64,000 nucleotides of DNA from Podarcis pityusensis (lineage: Eukaryota), in the NCBI GenBank assembly GCA_964106645.2, contig OZ067040.1. One strand, written 5' to 3'. Under the pieces are notes generated by a model that worked only from the letters and a program-made list of their open reading frames with translations, had not been told where the DNA came from and did no database searches. Positions 13,215-27,044 of this stretch are shown piece after piece (position 1 is the stretch's first letter; each line of letters opens with the position of its first letter). The position numbers and the translations under genes were made by a program.

Positions 13215-13553
13215 GGGAGATGTATCTCTGTGGTAGAGCATCTGTTTTTCATGCAGGAGGCCCCAGTTTCAATCTCCAGGTAGAGCTAAAATTCTATCTG
13301 AAATCCTGGAGAGCCACTGCCAATAGGTATGAAGAATGCTGAGCTAGATGGACCAGTGTGATGTAGTGGTTAGAGTGTTGGACGAGGTCCCCTGGAGACC
13401 AGAATTCCAGTCCCCACCCAGTCATGAAGCTCACTGGGTGATCACAGGGTTGCTGTGTGGATTAAACAAGGCATAGAAGAACTGTGCCTTGGAAGAAAGG
13501 AGAGATATAAATGTAACAAACAAAATGGTCTCATTTTGTATAAGGCACCTTCC
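13215..13553 (+). mobile_element. tRNA-head/CR1-tail SINE interrupted by a Squam3-like SINE (13353-13524)
   Basis: GTGGTAGAGCATCTG..CTAGATGGACCA, then the insert, then the tail resumes as AATGGTCT..GTATAAGGCACCTTCCT. Confidence 0.75.
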
Positions 13554-14352
13554 TTTGAGACGGCAGGTTTATGAGAAGCTCAGCCACATTTATTGGGAAA
13601 AAGGCAGACGAGGAGGGCCAGATTTGGATCAAGCTACATGAGGGCACTGAGACAGATTCAAACCAACAGGATTCACAACTCAAGCCAACATGATTCACAA
13701 AAAGGCTAGATTTGTGTTTTCACATCAAAGTAAAGTAGCAGGCTAATAAAAAAAAATCCTGTTCTTAATGTTTACTCTACTTCTTATTCCCCCAGCTTCC
13801 AGGAGATTTTGGACAAAGCCAATAGCCACTGATCTTGTGAAAACCACAGTGAAATATTAAATACAGTTTCAGAAGAGAAGTTCCTTTCACCAGACACTTA
13901 TTTAAAAGGATATAGGGTTATGGATTTTGAACTGCTCTAAAACACTTCCCTGCCTTGCTCTCTCTCACCATGTAAAAAAACAACAAAATACTGAGTGATA
14001 TACTCCTATATTTCTCTTTCCTAGAAAACTCATACATCTTGCTCTGATTTCATTCATATGCTTGTCTTGTTGCCTTTTCTTCATTTTCCAGTTTTCTAAG
14101 GATACTAAGATTGTATTGTAAAATCCAGAGGCACTTTAAATATATATATTCTGAATTTTTATACCATTTAATGCTCAAATGACTTCTGATGGGCTTACAA
14201 AACACAGAAATCAACTGTACAACTTTGTTAAAATACAGAATAATTAGAAACACATAATTAAAATACATAATAAACCAATCTCATGAAAATAATACAACAA
14301 TGGACACATTGCAGCACAAAACTTAAAATTTATTTTGTGACCTACCTAACAA

Positions 14353-14715
14353 TAAAGGTAAAGGTAAAGGTACCCCTGCCCATACGGGCCAGTCGTGTCC
14401 GACTCTAGGGTTGTGCGCCCATCTCACTTAAGAGGCCGGGGCCAGCGCTGTCCGGAGACACTTCCGGGTCACGTGGCCAGCGTGATGAAGCTGCTCTGGC
14501 GAGCCAGCACCAGCGCAGCACACGGAAACGCCGTTTACCTTCCCACTATAAAGCGGTACCTATTTATCTACTTGCCCTTAGGGGTGATTTCGAACTGCTA
14601 GGTGGGCAGGAGCTGGGACCGAAAGATGGGAGCTCACCCCGCCGCGGGGATTCGAACCTCCGACCATATGATCGGCAAATCCTAGGCACTTTACCCACAG
14701 CGCCACCCGCGTCCC
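14353..14715 (-). mobile_element. Sauria SINE, full length
   Basis: Reverse complement starts GGGACGCGGGTGGCGCTGTGGGT, B box GGTTCGAATCC, (ACCTTT)n tail. TAACAATA on both flanks; CpG-rich. Confidence 0.95.
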
Positions 14716-15984
14716 TATAACAATATATCCTCTATAACAATATATCCAATATATACCTAACAATATATCCTCTTAAAACCTAGAGGATGTACCTAATATA
14801 TACCTAACAATATATCCTCTTAAAATCTAGATGTCACTCGCCATTTTCATTGTAGAAGCTACCTTTAATGAGCAAGGCTTGTTGCCACCTTGCCACAGCC
14901 TTTGGCCTTGGGATCTCAGTGGGATGGCAAAACCTGCTCCTGTGCTGCTTCAGATGCTGAAATGTTTCCCTCCACTATCCAACCGATTCTGCACATAAGA
15001 AAATGAGCACGTCAGGGAGAAGGCTAGGCTAGAACCTTTCTCATGACACCAAGGTTTCTAGGTACAGAAAATCTTTGTGCATATAATGTGGGCTTCCGTA
15101 TGCAGATCAAAGTAGTACAGCCCAGGTCCAAGGAAGACTTACTAAAGACTTAGTAGTCTAATATTAGATCTTTATTGACAATACATATAATAAATGAAGA
15201 GGTGGAAAAACAGTCAGAGGCAGTAAGAAGATGTTTTCCTTGTTCTAATTTTGGAACAATACTGCAGTTTTGCACATGACTCACTGCAAGGCAGCACCCT
15301 GATTTTTATATGCCAATCTGCAACCTGCAACACGATGTTTACCAATAATATTATTTCTTCTTCATGCGCTGAGAGAATCAGCTACTCCTCTCCATTTACA
15401 ATGTATTTCTTTTAGCATTGTAGTGGTGTAGGTTGTGGCAACTGTCTTAAAAATATGTTGGGGTGTGTGTGATGCTTGTAATAGGGACTCAACTTGCAAC
15501 ACAATACAGTATGATTTTACTTTTCTTATAGTGATAATGAGTTTACCCACAGACTTCAGAATATGTTGCTATGTGGAAAAACAACCTCTTCTATAATCAT
15601 CTCCACAAGCCCATTAAAAGGAACCTGCAGGATTGTATCACCCAGAGCTTTCGAAAGTGTCATGTTAAAAACAACAAGAACCACCATAGAAGCTAGCCAA
15701 AGTTAACCTCTTTTATGCATATGTTAAATTGCTTGTTAAGAGCAGTGTGATTTAGATATGCTGAATGTCGTCTGCACCACAGCTGTGCCATTGTTACGTG
15801 CACCAAATATTTAACCACTTAGATATTCATAAATATAAAATTTCACACTCTCTCTCATCTAAACATTTGTGCCTAAGAAACTGGGAGAACATTTGGAACA
15901 CATCTCCTCTCCCCAGCATGGAGGCAAAGTAATTTGCCGGAGGATGTCTGTGCCTCGTTGTTGCCACCCCCAGCTATGGCTGGT

Positions 15985-16240
15985 TTAATGTATGTTGCAC
16001 TCTTTCCATTTCTTAAATCCACGCTCAATTAACGATCTGTTACCAAACCGTTCTCCTGGTCTAACATCAGAGTTACAAGCCAAATGACGGCATGGAAAAC
16101 AGAAAGCAGCCTTTAGCAGCGGAGCAGTCCGTGAATGCTTATAGTGTAAACACCTACCGGGGTCGGAACACTGACCGTTTGTACGAGGATGCGAAGGATG
16201 TTTCAACAGGAGTTGCTGGTCATCTTGTGCAATGAAGTAC
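15985..16240 (-). pseudogene. hAT (Tip100/ZMYM1-type) transposase N-terminal TTF zinc-finger fossil
   Basis: Translation HPRTNG..LLKAAFCFPCRHL..GFKKWKE matches the ZnF_TTF signature DAAFCFPCRxF...GFxNWK. Confidence 0.7.
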
Positions 16241-17095
16241 TACAGCTGTGACAATGTTGTCATTTGCTGCTTGCATAAATAGGTGACACACTTTGCCTAC
16301 CTGGCACTTGTACATTTGCTGACATCATGGTACACACAGCTTCTTGAGGTATGCAGATGGGCTTGTTACTCTGATAATGGATACCTTTTTATTTCTTGGA
16401 CATGAAGCCTTTATGAGTTTAAATGATAATTATAATATATATCTGTTTTGTAATCATTTTGCATATTTTAGCTGTTCATCTACATTTTTATATTATACAC
16501 TGCTTATTGACTGCCATTGTCTCAGACTTGCAGGGCACTAGTCCTCCACAAGGCCACCCATATCTAACTTCTCAATATTCAACTATGTTTTATAAAAGGA
16601 ACCCTGTCAGTGGCAGCAGGGGTGGGCAGGGTGCCTGTCCCGCAGAGTTTAGCTGCTTCAGCCTGCCTCATGGGTGGGCTAGCCCTGAAAATGAGGCAGG
16701 ATTAAGGAGATATTTATGACTCAAAATGCAGGTAATCAAGCAGGGGCCAAGTCAATCAATTGTAGTAAAGGTATGTGACGTTTCAGAAGATTATGGGGAA
16801 CTCAAATGGTGCTGCACATAGAGGCCTCTTTTCCTACTCAAATGGTGTCAGGTTGAGAATGAATCAAATGACATGCATTCCTGAGGAAACTTGATTAATA
16901 GCAGACAGTCACTGTTGGAAAGTAATTAATCTGAGTACTTAAGCACCAATCACCAATAATCCAACTATGGAGGCAGAGTTAATTGAGCTGCTGGCTCAGA
17001 TCAGGGCTTGAGCAAGCAGTCCCCATAAGGAAGAGGAACAGAAGTAGGAGACTCCAATTCTGTACATGCCCACATTGGCATCACCGATGTAGAAC

Positions 17096-17411
17096 CAGGG
17101 CTGTCTTACCCATATGCGATAGGGGTGCAGGGCACCCAGGCACTGGGTTCTCAGGGGCACCAGGCTGAGAGTCCAGGGCCTGAGAGTTAAGTCCGGGGAA
17201 GAGTCCTCCCATCAGTCGGGCCGCTGCAGCGGGCTCTTCTGCTGCGGGCAGCTCTGCGCCACAAGTTCAGGGGCGACTGAGCCAGTGACACACTGAGGTG
17301 GCCAGCCAGCTCTGCCCTCCTGTGCGCCTGGGACTGGGCAACCTGGGGGGGGGGGGGTGGCGCCGGGCGGATCTTTGCACCCCAGTGCCAAATATACTTA
17401 AGACAGCTCTG
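17096..17411. mobile_element. hAT MITE
   Basis: TIRs CAGGGCTGTCTTA / TAAGACAGCTCTG; 8-bp TSD TGTAGAAC/TGTAGGAC; GC-rich interior. Confidence 0.9.
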
Positions 17412-17679
17412 TGTAGGACCACCCCCAGCTGGAGGAAAGGCTTTTGCAAATATGTTCACACCTTGGATAAATTTGAATGAAGAACAGCTTAATGACTCCT
17501 ACTGGAGTGAAATTGGCCCAAGAAACAACACATCAAACGGTATTAGTATATATGTGTATGGGTGTGCATGATACATATGCATTTTATCAGAATGCTGATG
17601 ACATTCAGCTCTATTTGTCTATTAAATCTGGGTAACTAGAGGCCTTGTGTAAACTGAATCAGTGCCTGGACAAGGGTAA

Positions 17680-18520
17680 ACAGACTGAAGTTGAATCCTG
17701 CTAAGACAAAGACACTGAGTAAGTGGTTGCCGGGTCCAAAAAATTAGGATGCGTTGTTCTTGATGGTGTTGCCTTCCCTCTGAAATAACAAGTACACAGC
17801 TTAGGGATGCTCTTTCAACAATTTTTGTCCATGAAGGTTCAAGTGGCTTCTGTGGTGAAGAGCGCCTATTTCCTGAACAGGAAAAATTTGGCCACTGTGA
17901 CACATGTGTGGGTAGCCTTAGCACTGGACTGTTGGAACGTGCTCTCTGTTGGGCTTCCCTTGCAGCTGATCTGGAGGCTAAAGCAGGTGCAGAACTCTGA
18001 AGCCCAAATCATGAGTGGTGCTCCATTTTGGGCATATATCATGCCAGTGCTGAGGGAACTGCACTAGCTGTTGTTTCTGCAACTCACATAAAAAGCCCCG
18101 AATAACTTTGAAAAAAGTTACCAAAAAGCTGTCTTCCCCTCCAAGGGCATTGCACTCCACTATTAGCACCTGGTTAGTTTTGCCATGGCATGATCATTGG
18201 CTTGTGGTAACAAAAGGCAGACTAGGGTCATGGGATACCTTCTCTGCTGAAACATGAAAGACCCTCATCAGTATTGGCAATCTGCCAGCTCCTGAAGGCA
18301 AGTATTGCCCTGAACTGACCTTCTGATCTGAATGATTTAGCTGTCTTTTAACTGTTTTAATTGCCATGCTTTTTAACTGGCTTCTTTTATTGTGCATTTT
18401 AATTAGGGAAGCTTTAATACTTTGGCAGAATTGTTATTGTGCACTTCAATTATGTATGTATAGTTGTAAACCACTTACAAGCCATTTCGACATATAAGCA
18501 GTATATTAATTAATTAATCA
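17680..18520 (+). mobile_element. L2 LINE 3' fragment
   Basis: LKLNPAKT..LSMKVQVASVV..LATVTH..LDCWNVLSVGLPL..VQNSEAQ (L2 ORF2 C-terminus), then a TGTAAACCAC..GCAGTATAT tail. Confidence 0.85.
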
Positions 18521-19845
18521 TTGGACTTTCCTTTGGAGTTATGGCTGCTTTGGCCACCTTTAGGCTTTTCTTAATGGTGTGTGTGTGCTTTTAGCTTTAC
18601 AGACCTCAGTGTCCCTCAAGGATTCTCATTTGTCTTTAGTCCCATTTTGGTTCCAAGCCAGTGAGATCTTAGTACCAGAGTTCCTGATTAGAAGGAATGT
18701 TAAATCCACTCTGAATGGAAAAAAAGAATAAGAGCTGGTGCCTCATGGTCCAGACAAATCATATATGAAACCACAGCTCCAACAGGGGCCTACAGAGTGA
18801 AAAACTTCCATACAGTGTGAGAAGTCTTTGATAATCAAAGGCCATGCTAGCAAGCTTGTTGGGAACCAGTGGGTAAGGGTCTTAAACTAGAAACTGCAGT
18901 AGCTATGCTTGTTCACAAACTCTATACTTCTATATTCAAGGATTGATCCAAATTTGGCTATAGTGCAGCTTATTTTTACTGTAATTTACAGTCTTTCCAA
19001 ACACTTACATTTTTTAGTTCTGCACTGACTACACACACACACACTCTTTCATCCAGGCCTTGGGTGAAAATGGATGCACTAAGGTTTGGCACTGTTGATG
19101 ATGATTCACTCACTGGACTGTATTTTGTAGGATATTTTCGTTATAATTTTAAGTATTCTGTATTAATTTTTATTGTTTTCATGTAAAGATTGTGTTTGTA
19201 AAGTGCCCTGGAATATCAGGTGAAGGGAAGTTTAGAAACTGAAGAAATAAAATAGGAGTTGAAGCCTGATAATAAGTCATAAAGCAGTCTTATTTTCCAA
19301 CATATTTCTTCAAGTTACAGAAAAACATCACTTCAATATCTATTGCAGAGAGACAAAATATTAATGGTGAAGTAGGGCATCATTAATACTAATTTAAGAG
19401 GGGAGAAAAGGCTCTTTTTAAAATATAAAATGTGTATGAACTGCAATCATTGTCTCTTGGGCAACAAAATCTAGATCAAGAGCAACATTAGAGTTGCTCT
19501 CCTCTGTTTGTAGAAGTGCTACAATCATCATTTCTTTTGCTCACTCAGGGTGTATAATTCCAAACCCATGGAAGTAAACAGCAGTCTACCCAATTACTTA
19601 GACCACTTAATGCCAGCCTTTTCTTTGCTTTTATAAAATTCTCAGAAATCTCTTCAGCTGATTGCTCATCATACTTAGTTCTGTTCTATGACTTCTAAAA
19701 TAAAAAGCAAACAAACAGAATGCATTCCTATCATAAGCTAATCCTAACAGTACAGGAAAGGGTGTGTTGCTGATCCTTGCACAAAATGTATTAAGTCTGA
19801 GCAGATTGGCAGGGGGGAAATGTGCTCCAAATATAACCCGTTGAG

Positions 19846-20038
19846 TAGGCCTGCATAACTTGTATGTGACCTGCCAAGCCAAATGCAGCCCACCTACCTT
19901 GTGGTCTGCGAGGAGCTTGACAACCTTCATTTTTATGCAATTCCAGGCAGGCAACAAAAACAGAAGCCCTAATAGGCCACCCATCTCATAGTAGGTGGGA
20001 TGTGGTTGTCAAAGCGAGTCACAAGTTGTGCAGTCCTG
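19846..20038. mobile_element. Old hAT-like MITE
   Basis: Imperfect TIRs AGGCCTGCATAACTTGT / ACAAGTTGTGCAGTCCTG; TSD eroded. Confidence 0.5.
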
Positions 20039-20347
20039 CTGTGTAATGGATGGCGAATGCCACACTTAACATATGCTTGACATTATAAATCCCCATGTTA
20101 GGGAGGGGGAAATATACCTCTGCAAAACCATAATGTTAGAAATAAGACTCTATCCTAGCCTTTTCCTGCCATGTTAATTTGGGAATATTTTGATGTCTTC
20201 CCCAGCACTGGGGGCAGGGGGGAAAGTGCAGCCCACCTCCGAGGTAACCACAGCATCATTTTACACATGAGTAAAACATTAATAGCACACCCTCTAACAT
20301 TTTTCTGATGAAAATAGGGTCATCCTATTCTATCATCACCATTTTCT

Positions 20348-20540
20348 TGTTTATACCTGTCCATTTTAATGGGTTGCCCCAGCAGCCACTCTCGGTGGCT
20401 TCCATGATATAAAGAAACATAACATAAAAAAAAAATAAAACTTGTACACACACACAACTTCCCTATACAGGGCCACCTTCAGATGTCTTCTAAAGGCTGT
20501 ATAATTGCTTATCTTCTTGGCTCAGGGGGTCACATAATTC
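20348..20540 (-). mobile_element. L2 LINE 3' end
   Basis: TTTATACC..CCCCAGCAGCCACTCT tail and CTTCCCTATACAGGGC..TTCAGATGTCTTCTAAA, typical of squamate L2 ends. Confidence 0.7.
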
Positions 20541-21449
20541 AGATTTACTCCCACCCATATTCACTCTGGCAGCTGCTACAAAAAAACAAATAAAACATAC
20601 TTTTGGGAGATCCTGACTAAGGATCCTTCCTGACCATTTGATTCGGAGTCCTGTAAATGAAAATTGATTCTTATATTTGAAATGAATGATTAAATGTTAG
20701 TTCTGGTACTATGCTTTTGTAATTGAATATGAATCACTCCCATCATGCTCACTGTGCCCCTTAGTGCCTATGAGAGATGATGAGTCATAACAGAGAAGTG
20801 TGTGCACAAGCTGTACAATAGGAAGAGCCTGGGTCAAACTTCACAAAAGGGAGAATGTGAAAAAGATTCAATTCCTCTATTTAGATTTTTATGCTGGGCA
20901 CAGTCATGCATTTATATTGTGATACTGACACTGATAAACACAAAAAATAATAAACTGGATTGAAAAAATGTTGGGGACGGCATTACAAATTTGTAAGATA
21001 TTGTATGTTATGTTTTCTGTTAATTTGATATTCGATAACTCTGAAAAGAGAATACGTAAGTGAAAATTGGTTTTCATATTTGAAACGACTGGTTCATGAA
21101 ATGTTGTTTAATGAAATGTTGGTCACCCTATTACTTTCTTGTAATTGAAAAATCTCCAAATAAAGTCTCACCTCAGCTATGAGCTCACTGGATGGCCATA
21201 GGCAAACCTCAGATCCCTGCCTGTAATACAGTGTTATTAAATCGGTCAGATCTAACAAGGGCTATTGTAAGAGTGAAACTGCAGGTTTCATGGGAATTCT
21301 ATGGTTGGAGAGTTTGGATTGGTGCCATTGTGCAAAGAGAGGGCAGGTTTAAAAGTGTATAGAATTTAGGGAATCAGCCGTTGTAAACAGGGTCCGGGCA
21401 CAACCCTTTATTAGATGAGCTCCTGAAGAAAGTGTGTTGCTACTATTTA

Positions 21450-21925
21450 TGAGGCACCCTAAACACCAGTTGGTGGGGAGCAGCAACAGGAGAGGGCTAT
21501 TGCCTTCAAGACCTGTTTGTGGGCTTCCAGAGGTATAAGAACAATGGCTCATCTAGACGACCTTCCTGTTCTCACAGTGGCCAACCAGATACCTAAAGGA
21601 AGCTCCAAAGCAAGACCTGAGCTCAAAAGCACTCTCCTCGGTTGTGAATCCCAGTAACTGGAATGCAGAGGCTTACTGCTTCTAACAGTGGTTCTAGAAC
21701 ATAGCCACCAACTTTATCCATGCATTTTACAGCCATTTGAGTCGATGGCTGTCACTGCTTCTTGAGGGAGTAAATCCCATAGTTCAGTTATGCACCATGT
21801 AAATAACTAGTTTCTTTTGTCCTGAATCTTTCAGTGGCATCCATATGGCCAATGTGGGAAACTGGATGGGGGACAAGATGAACCAGTAGTCTGATCCAGC
21901 AGTGCTCACCTTCTTATGCTCTTAC
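21450..21925. mobile_element. Nested CR1 3' fragments (plus copy split by a minus copy at ~21533-21833)
   Basis: Plus copy GGGCTTCCAGAGG resumes as GGCATCC..TCTGATCCAGC..TTCTTATGCTCTTA. Insert starts ATAAGAAC..CTGTTCTCACAGTGGCCAACCAGAT. Confidence 0.7.
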
Positions 21926-22020
21926 CTTTACTTGACTATCTCTATAACAACTCTGCAAGGAATTTGCAGAGACCAAAAAATCACAGTTATATTACCCCTT
22001 CCTTGCATAATAGAAGGAAG

Positions 22021-22048
<28 letters not shown>
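22021..22048. repeat. (GA)n microsatellite
   Basis: Read directly. Confidence 0.95.
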
Positions 22049-22053
<5 letters not shown>

Positions 22054-24100
22054 AATTTACATTGGGAAAATGGATTGGAGGAAGCCCGCTTGCACTACAG
22101 TCTCAATCTCCAAACAGGGTTTGTGAGGTGGCATTTAGGAGAAGAAAGATATAGCTAATCATGGTGCTTGTGGAACCCCGAGTGCTTCAAAAAAGCAAAA
22201 AGCAGCAGCAGCAGCAACATAATATAATGTTTTATTGTAGAAAGTGAGTGGAAGTGAGCAAGGGGTAAGATATGTAGTAAAAGGAAATCAAGGTAGCCAA
22301 AGTTAGTGTTTTACCTATGAGGAGACATCAGGAAAATACTGCACGTGAACTTGGGGACTTCTTTCTCAGCCTCAAATATGGAACTCTGCCTTTCAAAATT
22401 GTTTTTAGCCTTTTAGTACAAGTTCTGCCTTCCCAGAACCTATTGTTCTTGTGATGCAATTGCCTAGGCTTTGGTAGAGCACTGGCCTTTGAGGAATATT
22501 CTTATAAAGTATGGGTAGATTTTTCTTTTTTAAAAAAATCCACCCTACTGTACTCTCAAAGTGCAAGAGGCATTGTCTTGGATGGCCATTGTTTTGTTTC
22601 TTCTAAGGAGGCCGCGAGGAACGACTGTCGGAACGTTACTTTTTCTCACAATGACAAGTTGGGATCATTTTACTGTTTCCACAGCTGCAGGGTGTTAAAT
22701 GCTGACTGCACCCAATTCTGTGATCATTGTACTGTATCTAACACACCCAGTCAAGTGTTAGATCTATTGCTGGCACGGACCCTTGCCTTCCTCTGGCTGT
22801 TGGGCTCTGATAAGTTAAAGTCCTCATGTGCTCCAATTATCTGCCTATCAGCTATGAGAGCTTCTCATTGACCATCACTAACCTTCATTTGACTTTCTGC
22901 TTCCTTTTGCAGCAACCCCCATCTCAAGCCTTTCTCCCACGCACAGCCAAACCAAGCATTTTGTGTGTGTGGGGGGGGGGTTAGCCCCTCTCAGCTTTGA
23001 GGTTTTTAAATCTGACATACTTTGCATCATTACTCTGCGGAAAATATTCTGCCACCTTTGGGGCATGAGGAGAGAGCTTCAAATAGGCTTCAGGCAATCA
23101 CGGAGCTAGGGGGAAAAGCAGGGGAGGGAGGAGGTAATGGTTTCACATGTATGCACCTGTCAAAATCTCAGAAGACATTTGGAGATATGCTGAGATGATG
23201 TACCTATATATTTTTTGCTTTGTTTGAACTCCCCAGAGGGTCTGGAAGCCTTCCCGTTAATTAAAGAGAAAGATTGGGTCATTAATTTGATTCTCAATTA
23301 ATTTGTCATTCAGCAAAGCCTATTTATTTCACCATGAAATGCTGACAAAGGAACGCAAGAGACTCAGGTTGCAACCAACTTTTCCATCTAGCTCTTCTCA
23401 AGCTGTGTGCAGTGACTAATAGCCATAAGAGACATCTCAGCCACTCTCTATTGATCATGTAGAAACATAAGTGTGAACTGGATTGTATACAGATACAGCT
23501 GGCAGACATTTCAGTGATTTCAACAGCAGCAACTTTTCCAGCCATCGCAATTATAGAAATTGCTGGGTGGATTCAGACAACCATTTACCAGATTCCAAGT
23601 CAACATGCAATGGATGCAGCCACTTGGTAACTTAGCTGTCTGTATTGCCTTGCCAAGTACTAAGAATTCTTACACACATCAGGACTAACTGTAAGTAAAA
23701 TGTGTGGTAAAAACAGCCTTCTGTATCCAGCTGTGGCTGTATCTGTGTGTAGTTTTGTCCACACTTCTGTTTATTTGACATGTAGCATATGGTTACATGC
23801 CATCCCAATCTGAGTGGTGTGAGATTCCAGGGGTACCAGGCATGCTTGCCAGGGTCTGTGTTCCCTTTAGGACAACGAGGCACAGTGGAGTCTATGGTGT
23901 CTTTACAAAGTATGGCATACTGACACATATATACAACCTGCGCCTAATTTGGAGGGGGTTCTGAGCATCACACTGCAAGTGGCACCACCTTCCAAAAGCA
24001 GCAGCATTCCTGCTCCGCCTAAGCCTTAGACATTTGTAACACAGGGAGTGGCCTCCACTCCCGTGATGTGTTGATTTGTTAATCTTCTGTTGCCTTAATG

Positions 24101-24236
24101 CACGCTTCCTCAAACTCGGCCCTCCGGATGTTTTTGGCGTACAACTCCCATGATCCCTAGCTAGCAGGATCAGTGGTCAGGGATGATGGGAATTGTAGTC
24201 TCAAAACATCTGGAGGGCTGAGGTTGAGGAAGCCTG
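24101..24236. mobile_element. URR1-like hAT-Charlie MITE
   Basis: Long TIRs CACGCTTCCTCAAACTCGGCCCTCC / GGAGGGCTGAGGTTGAGGAAGCCTG; TSD CCTTAATG/GCTTAATG. Confidence 0.92.
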
Positions 24237-26532
24237 GCTTAATGGCTCACTTCCCACTTAAACCATGTGGATATAGAGTTGCATCTACAGCAGCACAAGC
24301 AGATGCCTTCATCTGTGCCAGCTCTCCCATTTCCCATTACATCCACAGCAGGCGCTGCAACCTTCACACTCAAAGGCTCACTCTTCCATTGTCTCCCAAG
24401 ACTGATGGATGGTAACAATACAGATGGGGTCTAATACACAACTTAGGTCATCTGCCTGACTTCATTAACTTTCGCACATGCTCATTCCAGGGGTTTTTGA
24501 AGTGGGTGTCACACACAACCTAATACACACTCAGATCTATCTTAAGACACAATGGTCTGACATCCCTTTTTAACATACCATTTCTAATTAAAGTCTAACA
24601 TACATTATATCCAGGCATTTAGAACCCACAGACCTATAACAATATATTCCTAATAAAAACTGTTTGAAAATATCAGACACATTGTATATCAATGGATGAC
24701 TATGTATGTTGGAGTGTGGGCATGGAATCAGACTGTGTGTTTGCAAGACAGAGAGAGGCTTTCTTATAGCTTGGCCCAGGCCAAACAAACATTTTCCTAC
24801 CTAGTATGAGAGATAAGTGAAGGCATGAATAACAGATTCAGGGAAATCATGGGTACAGATAAACTTAGTATTGCTTTGGTCCTGCCTCACTTTATGCCTG
24901 GGAATATGGCGTGGGGCGTGGGAGAAAGGAAGATAAACCTCAGGCTCACTTCATACAAGATAGAAAACAGAAACCTGACTTTGACCAGGATTCTTCTCTG
25001 ACTTTAGAAATGGAACAAAGAGCTACCAAGACATTAAAAAAAGAGAGAAGAAACTGAATCTACCATTTGCTCAGCGATGTCACCTTTTAATCTTTATGTA
25101 GGAATTTCTTGTGGAAGGCAGGAATGAATAGAGTATCTTTTGCGAAAAGGAGGGGAGACATGCATGCAAGTGGGAGAAGGAGACAGATGGAGCTTTGTGG
25201 CTGGCATTTTTTTGATAGATTGCATGGAGGTGATGTGTTAAGATAAAATGCCAAAGATGTAGAGTTACAAGACAGCCTTAAAAGGCAACAGCAGAAGGTG
25301 GAAGGAAGTTAACCACCTCTCATCTTTCAGGTGAACAGAATAATCAGATTGCAAGGTAGAAAGGTGTTTCTTAACTTTAGGACCATGCGACTGCCAGGTG
25401 CTTGACAGCACTGTTGTACCTGCAGTGTCAGGCAGCGGAAAAGGTGATACAGCAAGGTCGGGGGGGGGGGGGAGATACATGATTAATGGTCTGTGTTCAG
25501 CTTGGTGAGTCATCAGTTGTGCAGAACTACTTAACCCTCATCAGACTACTGCCTTTTCTTCTGAATGACACATATCTCCCGATACCACAGTTGCTCAGGA
25601 CAAGTGCGTTTAAACATATATGTACACTGCTTTTCCATGTTCAGAGAATAAGCCCTTCCAGAACACAAATGCTTGGGGAAATTTAGGTCAAGTGGTGTGG
25701 TGTTCTAGGGGAAAATTATTTCCAAGGCAACCTTGACCTTATTCCTCTTTGGTGCAGGTTTCTAAACTAATGTATTCATGATAGTGTTCTAGTAGTGGGT
25801 TTTCCCAGGGCCTTCTGCATGATATCTTGCCTTCTATGAGTCTGAGAACTCTCTTTGCCAATATCACAGAGGAGCAATGGGATTTCATTATATTGGAACT
25901 CAGGAAAGAGTAGGGTTTCAGAGGCTCTATACCTGCTAAATAGAGGATGGGGAAAGCTCATTCAGTAGAGAACAGTTAGTGGTACGCATGGAACCCTTTT
26001 CCTCTTTGTGACCAATCCAATGCTGGCTCTTATTCTTCCAGCCAAAATGGAGACTTTTGAGTAAAGTTGCTGGGGGAACCATGTTTCCTGGCTAACAACC
26101 TACTATTATTTGATAAAGAGTTACTTTCCCCAGTTGTATTTGTTGCACACTCTCTCAGTGGAATTGGTATTTATATATTTATTTTTAAAAAAATCATAAA
26201 ATTTATACACCAATTGATTGTTAAAAAATGTATTATTTCTGGAGTGCCGCCTCCAACACAAGGCATCCAATTTGCTATTTTTATATTTATTGTAGAGCTT
26301 ACCACAGCTTGATTCCAAAACAAAAAATAACAAAAAAAAGAGAAAGAACAGCATCTGTAGCCTAGTTCTGAGCAAGTTAGTGTCTGTGTAGTGCCACTTC
26401 ATAAAGCTCTTTCAAACAAAACACCCCTTGCAAATAGAAATGTAGTGCTTTAGGGGAAGATTTGGCAAAACGAGGCTTTATTTCACCCTGGGTCAAAGAC
26501 CCAGTTTAGCACACACACCCCTCAGGCATTTG

Positions 26533-26559
26533 CACACACACACACACACACACACACAC
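26533..26559. repeat. (CA)n microsatellite
   Basis: Read directly. Confidence 0.95.
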
Positions 26560-27044
26560 AGGCTGGGAGTCTCCGGAGGCTTCACACAGGGCAAAAAACT
26601 GCAGCTAGCCATCCTGTAGCTACGGCACTGTGGCTAGTTGTCCATGTGCTGCTGTACACATCTTACATGGAAAATCCATTGCCTCAGATAATGACCATCT
26701 GCTGCCCTTCAGAGAGAATAGGCCTTACAAGAATAAAGTAAGAATAATGTAACTTAGCAGAAGAAAGCTTTGCATAGTCTATTTCAAGGATGTGATAACT
26801 TTACCTGTTGCTTGGAAACACTAATAGTTCCTTAAAAATGGGAAATTAAACCTTTCAATTCCTTTGAATATTAACATGTAATCCACCCTTCACTGTGGCA
26901 GAAGCAGCCCCTGGGTATTCTTAAAATTAACAGAATTTAGTTTTCCACTGACAAGCTACGCATTATAAAGTTTATACTATCAATCCGTAAGACTGCAACT
27001 TCATATACACCAGAATCGGGCAAAAGGGATCGAAAAGGATACTA

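Noticed and set aside
13215-13285. tRNA-like sequences here and at 12200-12268 and 47700-47770
   Set aside because: These are SINE heads without intact cloverleaves, not tRNA genes.
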